Position numbers and translations under genes: made by a program. A stretch of DNA of 64,000 nt. Source: an uncultured Gemmatimonadales bacterium. Its GTDB lineage: Bacteria; Gemmatimonadota; Gemmatimonadetes; Gemmatimonadales; GWC2-71-9. Each line of letters begins with the position of its first letter. Position 1 is the first letter of the stretch. The stretch lies in assembly GCA_963842945.1 (NCBI GenBank), contig CAWJIM010000024.1, positions 288,001 to 352,000 on the forward strand. Direction: 5' to 3'. The notes below the pieces were generated by a model. The model was not told the DNA's origin. It saw nothing but the letters and a program-made list of their open reading frames with translations, and did no database searches. Positions 9,873 through 19,304 of the stretch are shown one piece after another.

Positions 9873-11566
9873 GCACGCGCTCGATGGATTTCGTGTTTAC
9901 CCTGCACAGCCACCTACCGTACGTGCTGAACCACGGGCGGTGGCCCCACGGCAGCGATTGGCTGTGTGAAGCGGCGCTCGATACCTATCTCCCGCTTCTG
10001 GAGATCCTCCAGGGACTCGAAGCCGATGCAATTCCCGCCCCCGTTACCATCGGATTCACGCCCGTTCTCGCCAATCAGCTCATCAATCCCACGTTCGTCT
10101 CCGAAATGGAGACCTTCTTCGAGCAGCGGATCTCCGCGTGCGATGAGGCGCCGTCGTCCCTGGGCAAGACCAGCGAGAGTCACCTTGTCCCTCTGGTGCG
10201 CTACTGGCACGACCGATTGGTCCGGCTGCGCGAGCTGTTCCACGCGGTGGGGCAGGACATCATTGGCGCGTACCGTGCCCTGGAGGCCGCAGGCCGGCTG
10301 GAGATCATCGGCTCGGCCGCCACTCACGGCTACCTGCCGCTGCTCGCTCGAGACGAAAGCATTCGGCTTCAGCTGGCGGTAGGTGTGTCCGAGCATCGCC
10401 GGATATTTGGACGATCGCCCAGCGGCTGCTGGCTGCCCGAATGCGCCTATCGGCCGAGAGGGCCCTGGGAGCCATGGCCCACGGCACCAAGGACCGGAAT
10501 GCGTCGGGGGATCGAAGAACATCTGGCCGATGCCGGCTTTCAATTCTTCTTCGTCGATGCTCACCTGGCGGCGGCGGGCAGACCGCTTGGCCTCTCGGGT
10601 GATCCGGCGGGCGATCCCACGGTCCACGCTCCACTCACCCGGCCAATGTCCACCGAGGCACTGCGGTCCCCTTATCGGGCTTACCGGGTGGCCCACGGGC
10701 CGGTGGCCGCCTACGTCCGTGACCCTAAAGCCTCCATGCAGGTGTGGAGTCGGTTTGAAGGCTATCCCGGCGACGAGTGGTATCTGGAGTTTCACAAGAT
10801 GCGCTGGCCCGGAGGACTCAAGTTGTGGCGGGTGAGCGGGCCCGGCGTCGATCTGGGCGAGAAGCAGCCCTACAACCCGGAAGGCGCGGCAGATCGCGCC
10901 CGGGGACACGCGGAGCATTTCGCGCATCTGCTTGCAGGGATTGCCGCAGGTCAGTCGCAAAACCGCGACGGCGTGGTGGTGGCGCCCTTCGACACCGAGC
11001 TCTTCGGCCACTGGTGGTTCGAGGGACCCATGTTCTTGGGCAATATGTATCGAGCGCTGGTGCGGCAGCGGGAGATGATCTCTCCCGCTACTGGTTCTCG
11101 GCACCTGCGGGAACATCCGCCTCGAGCCGCGATCAGGCTTCCCTGGGGCTCCTGGGGTGCCAACGGTGATAGCAGCATGTGGCTGAGCCAGCATACCGCG
11201 TGGACCTGGGAGCGGCTCTGGCCGCTCGAGCAGTCGTTCTGGGACGTGGCCCCCAGCAGCATCGGGTCAACCAGCGCCCGACCAGTTCTGGCGCAGGCGG
11301 CTCGGGAGCTGCTGCTCGCCCAGTCGTCCGACTGGCAGTTCATCATCTCGACCGGCGCCGCCGCCGATTACGCCGAACAGCGCATCCGGCAGCACTGCGC
11401 GGACGCCGAAGAGCTGATTGCGGCTCTGTCCGCCGGTAACGACTCCCAGCTGGAGAGTGCGCAGCGCCGGGCGGAAGAGCTGGGACAGCGGGACCAGTTG
11501 TTTCCCAATGTTATTCCGGCCATTGCCGCCGCTCTGGGCGGATCGCGCTCCCTCGTAGTCGGATAA
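9869..11566 (+). CDS. GH57 1,4-alpha-glucan branching enzyme (DUF1957 type)
   Basis: LHSHLPYV, ATHGYLPL, WLPECAY (nucleophile), PFDTELFGHWWFEG (acid/base), ARELLLAQSSDWQF. Confidence 0.92.
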   Translation: MSTRSMDFVFTLHSHLPYVLNHGRWPHGSDWLCEAALDTYLPLLEILQGLEADAIPAPVTIGFTPVLANQLINPTFVSEMETFFEQRISACDEAPSSLGKTSESHLVPLVRYWHDRLVRLRELFHAVGQDIIGAYRALEAAGRLEIIGSAATHGYLPLLARDESIRLQLAVGVSEHRRIFGRSPSGCWLPECAYRPRGPWEPWPTAPRTGMRRGIEEHLADAGFQFFFVDAHLAAAGRPLGLSGDPAGDPTVHAPLTRPMSTEALRSPYRAYRVAHGPVAAYVRDPKASMQVWSRFEGYPGDEWYLEFHKMRWPGGLKLWRVSGPGVDLGEKQPYNPEGAADRARGHAEHFAHLLAGIAAGQSQNRDGVVVAPFDTELFGHWWFEGPMFLGNMYRALVRQREMISPATGSRHLREHPPRAAIRLPWGSWGANGDSSMWLSQHTAWTWERLWPLEQSFWDVAPSSIGSTSARPVLAQAARELLLAQSSDWQFIISTGAAADYAEQRIRQHCADAEELIAALSAGNDSQLESAQRRAEELGQRDQLFPNVIPAIAAALGGSRSLVVG

Positions 11567-11568
11567 TC

Positions 11569-13537
11569 ATGGCTTCCATCCGTTTCGTTTTTGGTCTCCA
11601 TCTGCACCAGCCAGTCGGCAATTTCGATCACGTGTTCGAGCAACATGTGGCTGATGTGTATCGGCCAATCCTCGAACGGCTGTCCGGCCGCGGATTCCTC
11701 CCAGCGGTGCTGCATCTCTCCGGCCCGTTGCTGGAGTGGCTCGAGGCCAACAACACGGCGTATCTCGATTTCCTGGGCCGGCTGGTCAGCGATGGAAAGG
11801 TGGAGCTGCTCCTGGCCGGCTTCTACGAGCCCGTGCTCGCCTCGATCCCCCGCCGTGACCGGGTGGAACAGATCCAGTGGATGCGCGAAGGCATTCGCCG
11901 CCGGTTCGGCGTGGATGCGAGCGGTCTCTGGCTCACCGAACGGGTGTGGGAGCCCGAGCTGGCAGCCGATCTGGCCAACGCCGGCGTTCGCTACGCGCTG
12001 GTGGATGACCGGCACTTTCTGGTCTCAGGATTTGCGGCCGACCAGCTGCACACGCCCTATTGGACCGAAAGCGACGGCCGGCGGGTGGCGCTCTTCCCCA
12101 TCGACGAGCGGCTCCGGTATCTGATTCCCTTCCGGCCTCCGGAGGAGACCGCGGACTACCTGCGTGAGCTGCGCGGCGCCGGCCACCGCCTGGCGGTGCT
12201 GGCCGACGATGGCGAGAAGTTCGGCGGCTGGCCCGGCACCAAGGAGTGGGTGTACGAACGTGGCTGGCTGGACCGATTCATGGACACGATGAGCGGATTG
12301 ATCGAACGGGGCGAGGTTGAGCTCAGTACCCTGGCGGACGCGCTCGAGCACGTGCCCAGTGGCGGCATTGCTTACCTGCCGAGTGCCTCATACCGGGAGA
12401 TGGAGGGGTGGTCTCTGCCTCCGGATGCGGCGCTCCGGCTGATCCGGCTGGAGCGTGACCTGGGCGAAGCGCGCATCTCGGGCCCCGATGGCCCCCTGAT
12501 CCGGGGCGCACATTGGCGGAACTTCCTGGTGAAGTATTCCGAGTCCAACCGGATGCACAAGAAGATGCAGGCGCTCTCGCTCCTGCTCCGCGAGGCCGGC
12601 GACCCACCCGCTGGCCCGGCGCGCAATCGGACGGGCCCAGTGCAACGATGCTTATTGGCATGGAGTATTCGGCGGCCTGTATCTGCCCCACCTCCGAGAA
12701 GCGATCTGGCGCAATCTCGCCCTGGCTGAACGGGAGCTGCGGAGGGGCCAGGGTTTGGCGGCCGAGGTCTGGGACATCGACGGCGATGGCCACGAGGAAA
12801 TCTGGGTCCATTCCGATCGGTTTTCAGCCATCGTGAGTCCCTGGCGAGGGGGAGCCCTCGAGGAATACACCCTGTTTTCCACTGCGACCAATTACGCCAA
12901 TACGCTCACCCGGCGACGGGAGGCCTATCACGATACCGCCATGGAGCAACGCGCTGAGACCGGCAGCCACGAAGGCGGAACACCCAGCATCCACGATATC
13001 GAAGAGGGGATCCACCTCGACCAGCGTCCGCCGATCGACGCCGACGATCGCGCTCTTTTTGTTGATCGGGTGATCTCCAGCACACTGCAACGGGAGCAGT
13101 ATGCCGCGGGAGATTACCAGCCGGTCAAGTCGTGGGCGCGCTGCCGCTATATCGGTGACGTCGGGCACGAGCCCGATGCGGTCGAAATCAGGATGAATGG
13201 AGAAGGACTTGCGAAGCAGTACCGGTTTTTGCCGGACGGGAGCATTACGGTGAGCTACACCTGGGAGGAATCAGTCGGTCAGCCCAGCGACTTCTTCACC
13301 ACCGAGCTCTCGCTCTTTGCTCCGCTTCCACTGGTCACCGACCCGCAGGCGGACATCTGGACCTTTCCCATCGAGACGGTGGCCAAGTCAGAGCGGGGGC
13401 TGGACCGTACTCGTCAAGGCGAGTCGGTTACCCTGCGCTGGCCGGTGGAGACGGGTACCGCAACCATCGAGCTCCCGGCCACGCAGACCCAGTCAATGGA
13501 ACCCGCCATCGCGGCTAAGACCGCCGATCTTGCCTGA
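11569..13537 (+). CDS. GH57 alpha-amylase/4-alpha-glucanotransferase (frameshift near 12615)
   Basis: HLHQPVGNF, WLTERVWEP, DDGEKFGGWP; continues in the shifted frame as QCNDAYWHGVFGGLYLPHLR and into the C-terminal domain (ORF 12755-13537). Confidence 0.88.
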
Positions 13538-13559
13538 CCTGATTGACAAAACCTGACTA

Positions 13560-13952
13560 TCACCGGGGCGGAAGCAACACCCGCTCGGCGCAGGTATTAC
13601 AAATGCCATGCGTGGTGTGAGCATTGTGCTGACGTTCCAGGAACTGCTCCATTGCCAGCCACTCGTCTCCAGCCCGAACTCGACGACACCAGGCGCAGAT
13701 CACTACCAGAGATTCGAGATACTCGATCCGCCGAAATGCCCGGTAGGTGATGGTGACGACAACCGCTCCTACCGCCAAGGCCAGCGCTGACTCGAGCAGG
13801 CCTTCGCTCGGCCGCAGCGGAGTGGCCGGGGTACCAAACAGCAGTCGTGGCAAATCCAGAATCTCGTCCAGCCATATGATCGCGATGATCAGGAGAAATC
13901 CTGCCACTTCCAGTGCCAGCGTGTAGCGGAACACCGCGCCTCGGAGCGTCAC
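13560..13952 (-). CDS. Two-TM protein with C-terminal CxxC...HGICxxC putative metal-binding tail
   Basis: Two hydrophobic helices, then VICAWCRRVR...HTTHGICNTC. GTG start is inferred. Confidence 0.7.
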   Translation of the reverse strand: MTLRGAVFRYTLALEVAGFLLIIAIIWLDEILDLPRLLFGTPATPLRPSEGLLESALALAVGAVVVTITYRAFRRIEYLESLVVICAWCRRVRAGDEWLAMEQFLERQHNAHTTHGICNTCAERVLLPPR

Positions 13953-14176
13953 GAGCCTTAGCCTCAAATGAGTGTTTATAACAGATAATAGGATCGCCGC
14001 GCCTGGGCTGTAGCTTCCCGCCTCAACGCAGCAATTGCCGTCGCGGCCAGGCGATATCAAGACACTAGGATGGAGCGGCTGGAAGGTGCAAACTTTTGCG
14101 ATGGGGCCAAGCAGGAAGTGGCTGGGTGGCGCGTGTCTTGCCCCCGCTCCGGCTATCCCCAACCGATGTAGGCCAA

Positions 14177-14821
14177 ATGTTCAGCAACAGTGCCGTTCGG
14201 CCTGTCCGAATGCAATACGCGTTCGCGCTTTGCGGGGCGATGCTGCTGTCGGCCTGCGCCTCCAAGTACTCCCAAGTTCCAGCTCGCCTCGATCTGGCTC
14301 CGTACGGCCGGATTGCCATCGTCACGTTTGCGGCGGATCGGCCCAATGATCCCATGAGCACATTGGCAACTCAGCGCTTTGCCGAGGCCTTGCTCGCGAG
14401 CCAGACCGGTGTCGAGCTGCTCGAGCTGGGATCAACCGACTCTTCACTGAAAGCGCTTCCAGCTGCGACTGATGCGGTGGCACTGGCTCAGGCCCTTGGG
14501 AAGCAGAAGAACGTTCCGGCCGTTTTCGTCGGCTCGCTCAAGGTGTCGCAGCTGAAGCCCCGCGGACACATCGGCGCATCGGGCATGAACGTGCAGGCCG
14601 GCGTGTCGGCCGAGCTCACCGTGAGGCTCCTGTCGACCAGCACCGGAGGCACGGTCTGGCGCTCCAGCTCGATGGCGAACGGCACGGTGGGACAGCTGAA
14701 TATTTCCGACCGGCTGCCGTCGATCGCGGTGCGGGACAAGGAAGAGGCGTACGGTGAGATCGTCCGTCAGCTGATCGTGGATGTCACTCGCGACCTTCGT
14801 CCCACCTGGGTCAAGCAGTAG
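14177..14821 (+). CDS. Putative lipoprotein (CsgG/LpoB-like fold by pattern)
   Basis: Lipobox LLSAC; RIAIVTF; VRLLSTSTGGTVW. Confidence 0.7.
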   Translation: MFSNSAVRPVRMQYAFALCGAMLLSACASKYSQVPARLDLAPYGRIAIVTFAADRPNDPMSTLATQRFAEALLASQTGVELLELGSTDSSLKALPAATDAVALAQALGKQKNVPAVFVGSLKVSQLKPRGHIGASGMNVQAGVSAELTVRLLSTSTGGTVWRSSSMANGTVGQLNISDRLPSIAVRDKEEAYGEIVRQLIVDVTRDLRPTWVKQ

Positions 14822-14841
14822 CCGCCCTACCCGAGGCGTCG

Positions 14842-14875
14842 AAACAGCCCCTCTTTATCGAGGGGCTGTTTTTTT
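14842..14875. terminator. Intrinsic terminator between convergent genes
   Basis: AAACAGCCCCTC-6nt-GAGGGGCTGTTT followed by a T run; overlaps the stop of the HD gene. Confidence 0.75.
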
Positions 14876-15433
14876 GCCCCTGCTCACGGTCTCTTCGTCC
14901 AGGCGAGCCCGGATGGCGGCCAACAAAGGGTCTGCCGCGGTATACTGCTGCCCGTAGGCGAGATTGAAGGCGTAGTCAAAGTCGGGAGGGTTTTTCCCCT
15001 GGGTGTGCTGCAGAATGGTTTCCAGCTTGTCCAGCCCTTTGGCCAGCTTCGCTTCGGGAGAGCTTGCGGCCTCGTAGTCGTCCCACAATTCGACAATCTC
15101 GCGACGCAAATCAGGCGGGAGCGGCTCGCTGAGCTCCAAAAGGTCGGCGCGTTCGTGGCTGGCTTTCGGCATTCCCGCTGACTGCAGCGGCGCCGGCACG
15201 TCGCCTCCCAGCGCTTCGCCCAGATCGTGGATCAGACACATCTTGAGCAGCCGTGCCAGATCAATCCCGGGTGTGCGGCCGTAAAGAAGCATGGCCATAA
15301 GTGCGAGGCGCCAGGTGTGCTCCGCCACGCTTTCCCGATCGCCGGCGGAAGTCCAGCCGCTGCGAGTGACTGTTTTCAGCCGCTCGGCCGCACGGAGGAA
15401 GCTGAGGACGCCCTCGATGTCGGTGGGCTGCAT
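14855..15433 (-). CDS. HD domain phosphohydrolase (YfbR/HDDC2-like)
   Basis: LKTVTRSGW, ESVAEHTWR, CLIHDLGEA, DKLET. Confidence 0.9.
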   Translation of the reverse strand: MQPTDIEGVLSFLRAAERLKTVTRSGWTSAGDRESVAEHTWRLALMAMLLYGRTPGIDLARLLKMCLIHDLGEALGGDVPAPLQSAGMPKASHERADLLELSEPLPPDLRREIVELWDDYEAASSPEAKLAKGLDKLETILQHTQGKNPPDFDYAFNLAYGQQYTAADPLLAAIRARLDEETVSRGKKTAPR

Positions 15434-15443
15434 CTCGACTCCG

Positions 15444-15944
15444 CTACTTCAGGCGTCGGTCATTCCTCGCCGGCGGCCACGCACCCAACAACCGGCGCAC
15501 CACTACCAGCTCACCAATATGGTAAGCGGCATGGTCGGCAGCCAGCAAAATCTCCCGAAGATACGTCTGGCCTTCGCCGTGGGGGATCCGGGCTTCGAGA
15601 GTGATCTTGGGATCTTTACTCAGGTCCTGCAATCCGGCCCGATCTCGAAGAAACTCCCGGACGCTCGTGTCCCAAGCAGTAGAGTCCGGCGGTGAGGCTG
15701 AGGATGGCCAGTAATCATCCGGCCACTTGAGCTCGCGGTACTTGGGATTGCGGCAGAAATCCAAGATGTCGGCCTGGGTAATCCGGAGGTGCTCGACCAG
15801 CTGCCACGGGGAGTAAGGCAGACTCGCCGGATTGGTTCCCTGCAAATGAACCGGCAAATCGGTCACGGCCGCCTCGAAGCTGATATGCGCGTCCTCCCAG
15901 CTCAACAGCTTCGTCAGGTGTTCTCGGATACTCGAATCGGCCAC
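15444..15944 (-). CDS. DinB family protein
   Basis: PYSPWQLVEHLRITQ and DHAAYHIGE His triad. Confidence 0.88.
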   Translation of the reverse strand: MADSSIREHLTKLLSWEDAHISFEAAVTDLPVHLQGTNPASLPYSPWQLVEHLRITQADILDFCRNPKYRELKWPDDYWPSSASPPDSTAWDTSVREFLRDRAGLQDLSKDPKITLEARIPHGEGQTYLREILLAADHAAYHIGELVVVRRLLGAWPPARNDRRLK

Positions 15945-15947
15945 GGC

Positions 15948-16536
15948 TCACTCCGGATTGGATTTCGGGCCGCTCTCCAACGCGCCGCGCAGCGCTCGGA
16001 ATGCACGCGCCAGATCGGGCAACTGGTGGTTCGCATTCAACCCGCTGGGGTTGGGCAGGACCCACAAGCGCGCTCTCGCCGATCACTTCCTGCTGGCGTC
16101 CCATAACGGCTTTGGGCCGGTCGAACGCTGTACGATAGGCGCCGATTCCAACTACCGCCACCCAACGCGGACAGTAGCGCACGACCTTTCGCTCGAGTCG
16201 CCTTCTGCCTGACCGCAACTCGTCGGGGGATAGCTCCGCTGCCGTCGCGGTGGCCCGCGCGACCAGATTGGTGATGCCCAGGCCTTCCTCCAGGAGCAGA
16301 TGCTCCTCCCAGGGACTTACCAGCCGGTGAGTAAATCCGGCGGCGTACAGTGCCGGCCAGAAGCGATTTCCCGGCCGAGCGAAGTGGTGGCGCGTGGCTC
16401 CGGAGTAGAGCCCGGGATTGATACCGCAGAACAACACCTCGAGATCCGGACGGATCAGGTCCGGAACCGTGCGGCCTACGGCAGCCGCGACCTCAGCCTT
16501 GGTAGGCCGGGGGAAGCTCGAGGGACCATTCACCAC
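15948..16536 (-). CDS. mug: G/U mismatch-specific DNA glycosylase (frameshift near 16070)
   Basis: VLFCGINPGLYSG..HHFARPGNRFW and GITNLV; after the shift WVLPNPSGLNA. Confidence 0.9.
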
Positions 16537-16538
16537 GC

Positions 16539-16895
16539 TCAGAGGAGAGTCAGCAGGATCGTCAGAATGAAAGCCGAGATCCACGACTTGAGATAGACGC
16601 CGCGGGCCTGGCGTCTGACTGAGGAGAGCTCCAGAGGATCGCTGATGTGCTCGGGGCCCGTATCCATGTCACGCTGACCGCGTGCGGCGAGCTTCACTCA
16701 GGTGCGTTCCCGGGCCTGAAAGAACCCCAGTGCGGCGGCCCAAAGCGGAACGATGAGCAGCAGCCTCCATCCGCGCGCCGCATCAGTATGGATCAGCATC
16801 GCCGCGGCTACCAGGCTGGCGGTGAGGAGCACGACGCCGAAGGTGAGCCGCTTACGACGCTCATGGGGACCGATGTTGGCGGTGGCGGTGGTCAT
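16539..16895 (-). CDS. Small membrane protein (YgaP/DUF2892-like N-terminus) with in-frame TGA; candidate selenoprotein, 118 aa
   Basis: The 65-aa ORF ends FFQARERT-TGA (16698-16700), but the frame continues VKLAARGQRDMDTGPEHISDPLELSSVRRQARGVYLKSWISAFILTILLTLL to TGA at 16539-16541, 2 nt before the mug GTG start. Confidence 0.75.
16670..16700 (-). promoter_or_regulatory. Putative bacterial SECIS element
   Basis: UGA + 18 nt + GGUC: UGA GUGAAGCUCGCCG CACGC GGUCA GCGUG, a 5-bp perfect stem with a GGUCA loop. Confidence 0.65.
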
Positions 16896-16917
16896 CGAGA
16901 TCCGATCGCGGCCGGCA

Positions 16918-17472
16918 CTACCCTGCCGGCTCTGCCGGCCGACCCGGAGCGATCCTCTTCTCTGCCCGACCCTTCACGTAGGCATAGATCGCCTGAATTT
17001 GGTCAGGGCTCAGCGTCCCTTTGAATGCGGGCATTCCGCGATCGGGACGCCCCTGACTCACAACCTGGCCGAACTTCTCCGGCGTAGCGACCGGACCCCC
17101 GGGAGCCAGCGATACCAGCAGATTGGCCGCCACCGGATTGGGCAGCACATCCTGGCCGTGGCACCGGGCGCAGTTCACGCTGTACTGCCGCCACCCTTCG
17201 TACTCGGTCTGGCTCACCTTGGGGGCATTTGCCGGCTGATTCGCTTCCGCCTTCTGCGGCGCGGTCGGGGGAGTATCGACGGCGGATGACTGGGACGGCG
17301 TGATCGGAGGGGTGGCAACTCCGGTATCAGGAGTGATAGCGGTGTCGACCGGGACTTGTGGTGCACCGCTGTCGATCGGCGCCGGCCCGCTCTCCGAATC
17401 CGACGCCCGGGACCCGCAACCTGCCAGGAGGATCAGCCCCGACAGCAACGCCACGCCAATCGGCCGCCTCAT
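16918..17472 (-). CDS. Monoheme cytochrome c lipoprotein
   Basis: Lipobox LAGC, Pro/Thr-rich linker, heme motif CARCH, axial Met in GMPAF. Confidence 0.88.
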   Translation of the reverse strand: MRRPIGVALLSGLILLAGCGSRASDSESGPAPIDSGAPQVPVDTAITPDTGVATPPITPSQSSAVDTPPTAPQKAEANQPANAPKVSQTEYEGWRQYSVNCARCHGQDVLPNPVAANLLVSLAPGGPVATPEKFGQVVSQGRPDRGMPAFKGTLSPDQIQAIYAYVKGRAEKRIAPGRPAEPAG

Positions 17473-18246
17473 CCGCCGGATCTCACGGCTGGACGCCCCG
17501 GATGAATCTTGGCATCACTCCGACCTTTCACATACGAGTAGATCGCCTCGATCGTGGGCATCTCCATACCCAGAGAACACCATGAGGGCATGCCCTTGGG
17601 CGGGCCGGCCGGCGCAGACCGTCTGGACGAACAGCTCCTTGGTGTTGATGGGGCCGTCCGGCTTGAGCGACACGATGAGGTGCGGCGCGATGGTCGTTCC
17701 CTGCGCGTCCTCGCCGTGGCAACGCGCGCAGTTCAGGTTGAATTGCTTCCAGCCGTCGTAAACCTGCTGGGGAACCGTATCGAGCGGCGCCGTGTGGTAA
17801 GGATCGCGCAGGGGCGCATCGGCCGCGGCTGTCTGCGAGGGCGCGGCTGCGCTCTCCGCCGGCTTGGGGGCGCTGTCGGGCCGTGGAGCGGCCGCCTCAA
17901 CAGTGGTATCAGGACGCTGAGCGCTGGCCTGCGCTGCAGGTTTGGGCTTGGCCGGCCGGGGGGCCGGCTTCGGCGCAGCCGGCTTGGTGGCGACTGCTTT
18001 GGCGGTATCGGCGCGAACACCGGTCGATTCCGGCCGGCTTACGCCGGAGGTGTCCCGCATCTGAGCGTTGGTGTCGCTCGATGTACTGACCGCAGCGTCG
18101 GCGCCTGAGGTCGGGGTCGTATCCCGCGACACCACACCGGAGCGCTGTTCGCCCCCGCAGCCCGCGAGGCCGGCCAGCACGAGCACGCCTGTCAGTGAGG
18201 CCTTCCATCCCCGCAAAGTCCAATGCTTCCGGCAAGCACCAATCAT
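17469..18246 (-). CDS. Monoheme cytochrome c lipoprotein, paralogue (frameshift near 17595)
   Basis: LAGCGG lipobox, Pro/Ala/Lys linker, CARCH; shifted tail WCSLGMEMPTIEAIYSYVKGRSD; stop overlaps the next start (ATGA at 17469-17472). Confidence 0.82.
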
Positions 18247-18402
18247 GTGAATGAACCCCTCCTCTAGTGTGGCCGTCCAGCGCGTCGAGTGAGCTAAAGA
18301 TTGTCTGCTCGCCCTGGTTGCTAGGTGACGCAGGTCACGAGAACGGTGCAGGAATTCAGACCCCAAATTATTATCCCGGCATGACGCAGAATCCGAACTG
18401 CT

Positions 18403-19267
18403 GTGACGTTGGGACTGGTGCAGATGCGCTGCACACCCGAGCCCGTCCGGAACATGGCCGCCGCCGTTCAGGGGGTGCGGGACGCGGCGGCACGTGGAGC
18501 CCAGATCGTCTGCCTCCAGGAGCTGTTCCGCAGTCAGTACTTCTGCCAGACCGAAGACCACCGCTGCTTCGATTTGGCCGAGCCGGTGCCGGGACCCTCA
18601 ACCGAGGAGCTGGGCGCGCTGGCCGCGGAGCTCGGGGTGGTCATCGTGGCGTCACTGTTCGAGAAACGAGCCCAGGGCATCTACCACAATACCGCCGCCA
18701 TTCTCGATGCCGACGGACGGTACCTGGGGAAATACCGGAAGATGCACATACCGGATGACCCCCAGTACTACGAGAAGTTCTACTTCACGCCCGGCGACCT
18801 GGGCTTCCGCTCCTGGGACACCCGGTTCGGCCGCATCGGCGTACTGGTGTGCTGGGATCAGTGGTATCCCGAGGCGGCCCGGCTGACCGCGATGAGTGGC
18901 GCCCAGATTCTGTTCTATCCCACCGCCATCGGCTGGCTACCGGCCGAGAAGGAAGAGCACGGCGCACAGCAACAGGCCGCCTGGGAAACCATCCAGCGAA
19001 GCCACGCCATTGCCAATGGGGTCTACGTCTGCGCGGTGAATCGGGTGGGATTCGAGGGAGCGTCGGACGCGGGGAATCGAGTTCTGGGGCGGCAGCTTTG
19101 TCTCCGATCCGGGAGGCCGGGTGATCGCAAAGGGAGGCACCGGCGAAGAAGTCCTGATCGCGCGGTGTGACCTCTCCAAGGTGGACGCCAGTCGGACGCA
19201 CTGGCCGTTCCTGCGGGATCGCCGGATAGACGCCTACGCCGACCTCACCAAGCGCTATCTCGACTGA
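18403..19267 (+). CDS. aguB: N-carbamoylputrescine amidase (carbon-nitrogen hydrolase; frameshift near 19070)
   Basis: Catalytic E-K-C: LQELF, YRKMHIPDDP, VCWDQWYPE; shifted tail FWGGSFVSDP...HWPFLRDRRIDAY. Confidence 0.87.
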
Positions 19268-19304
19268 AAGCACGTCCTCCACTCCTGCTCAACTGGGCTA
19301 TCGG

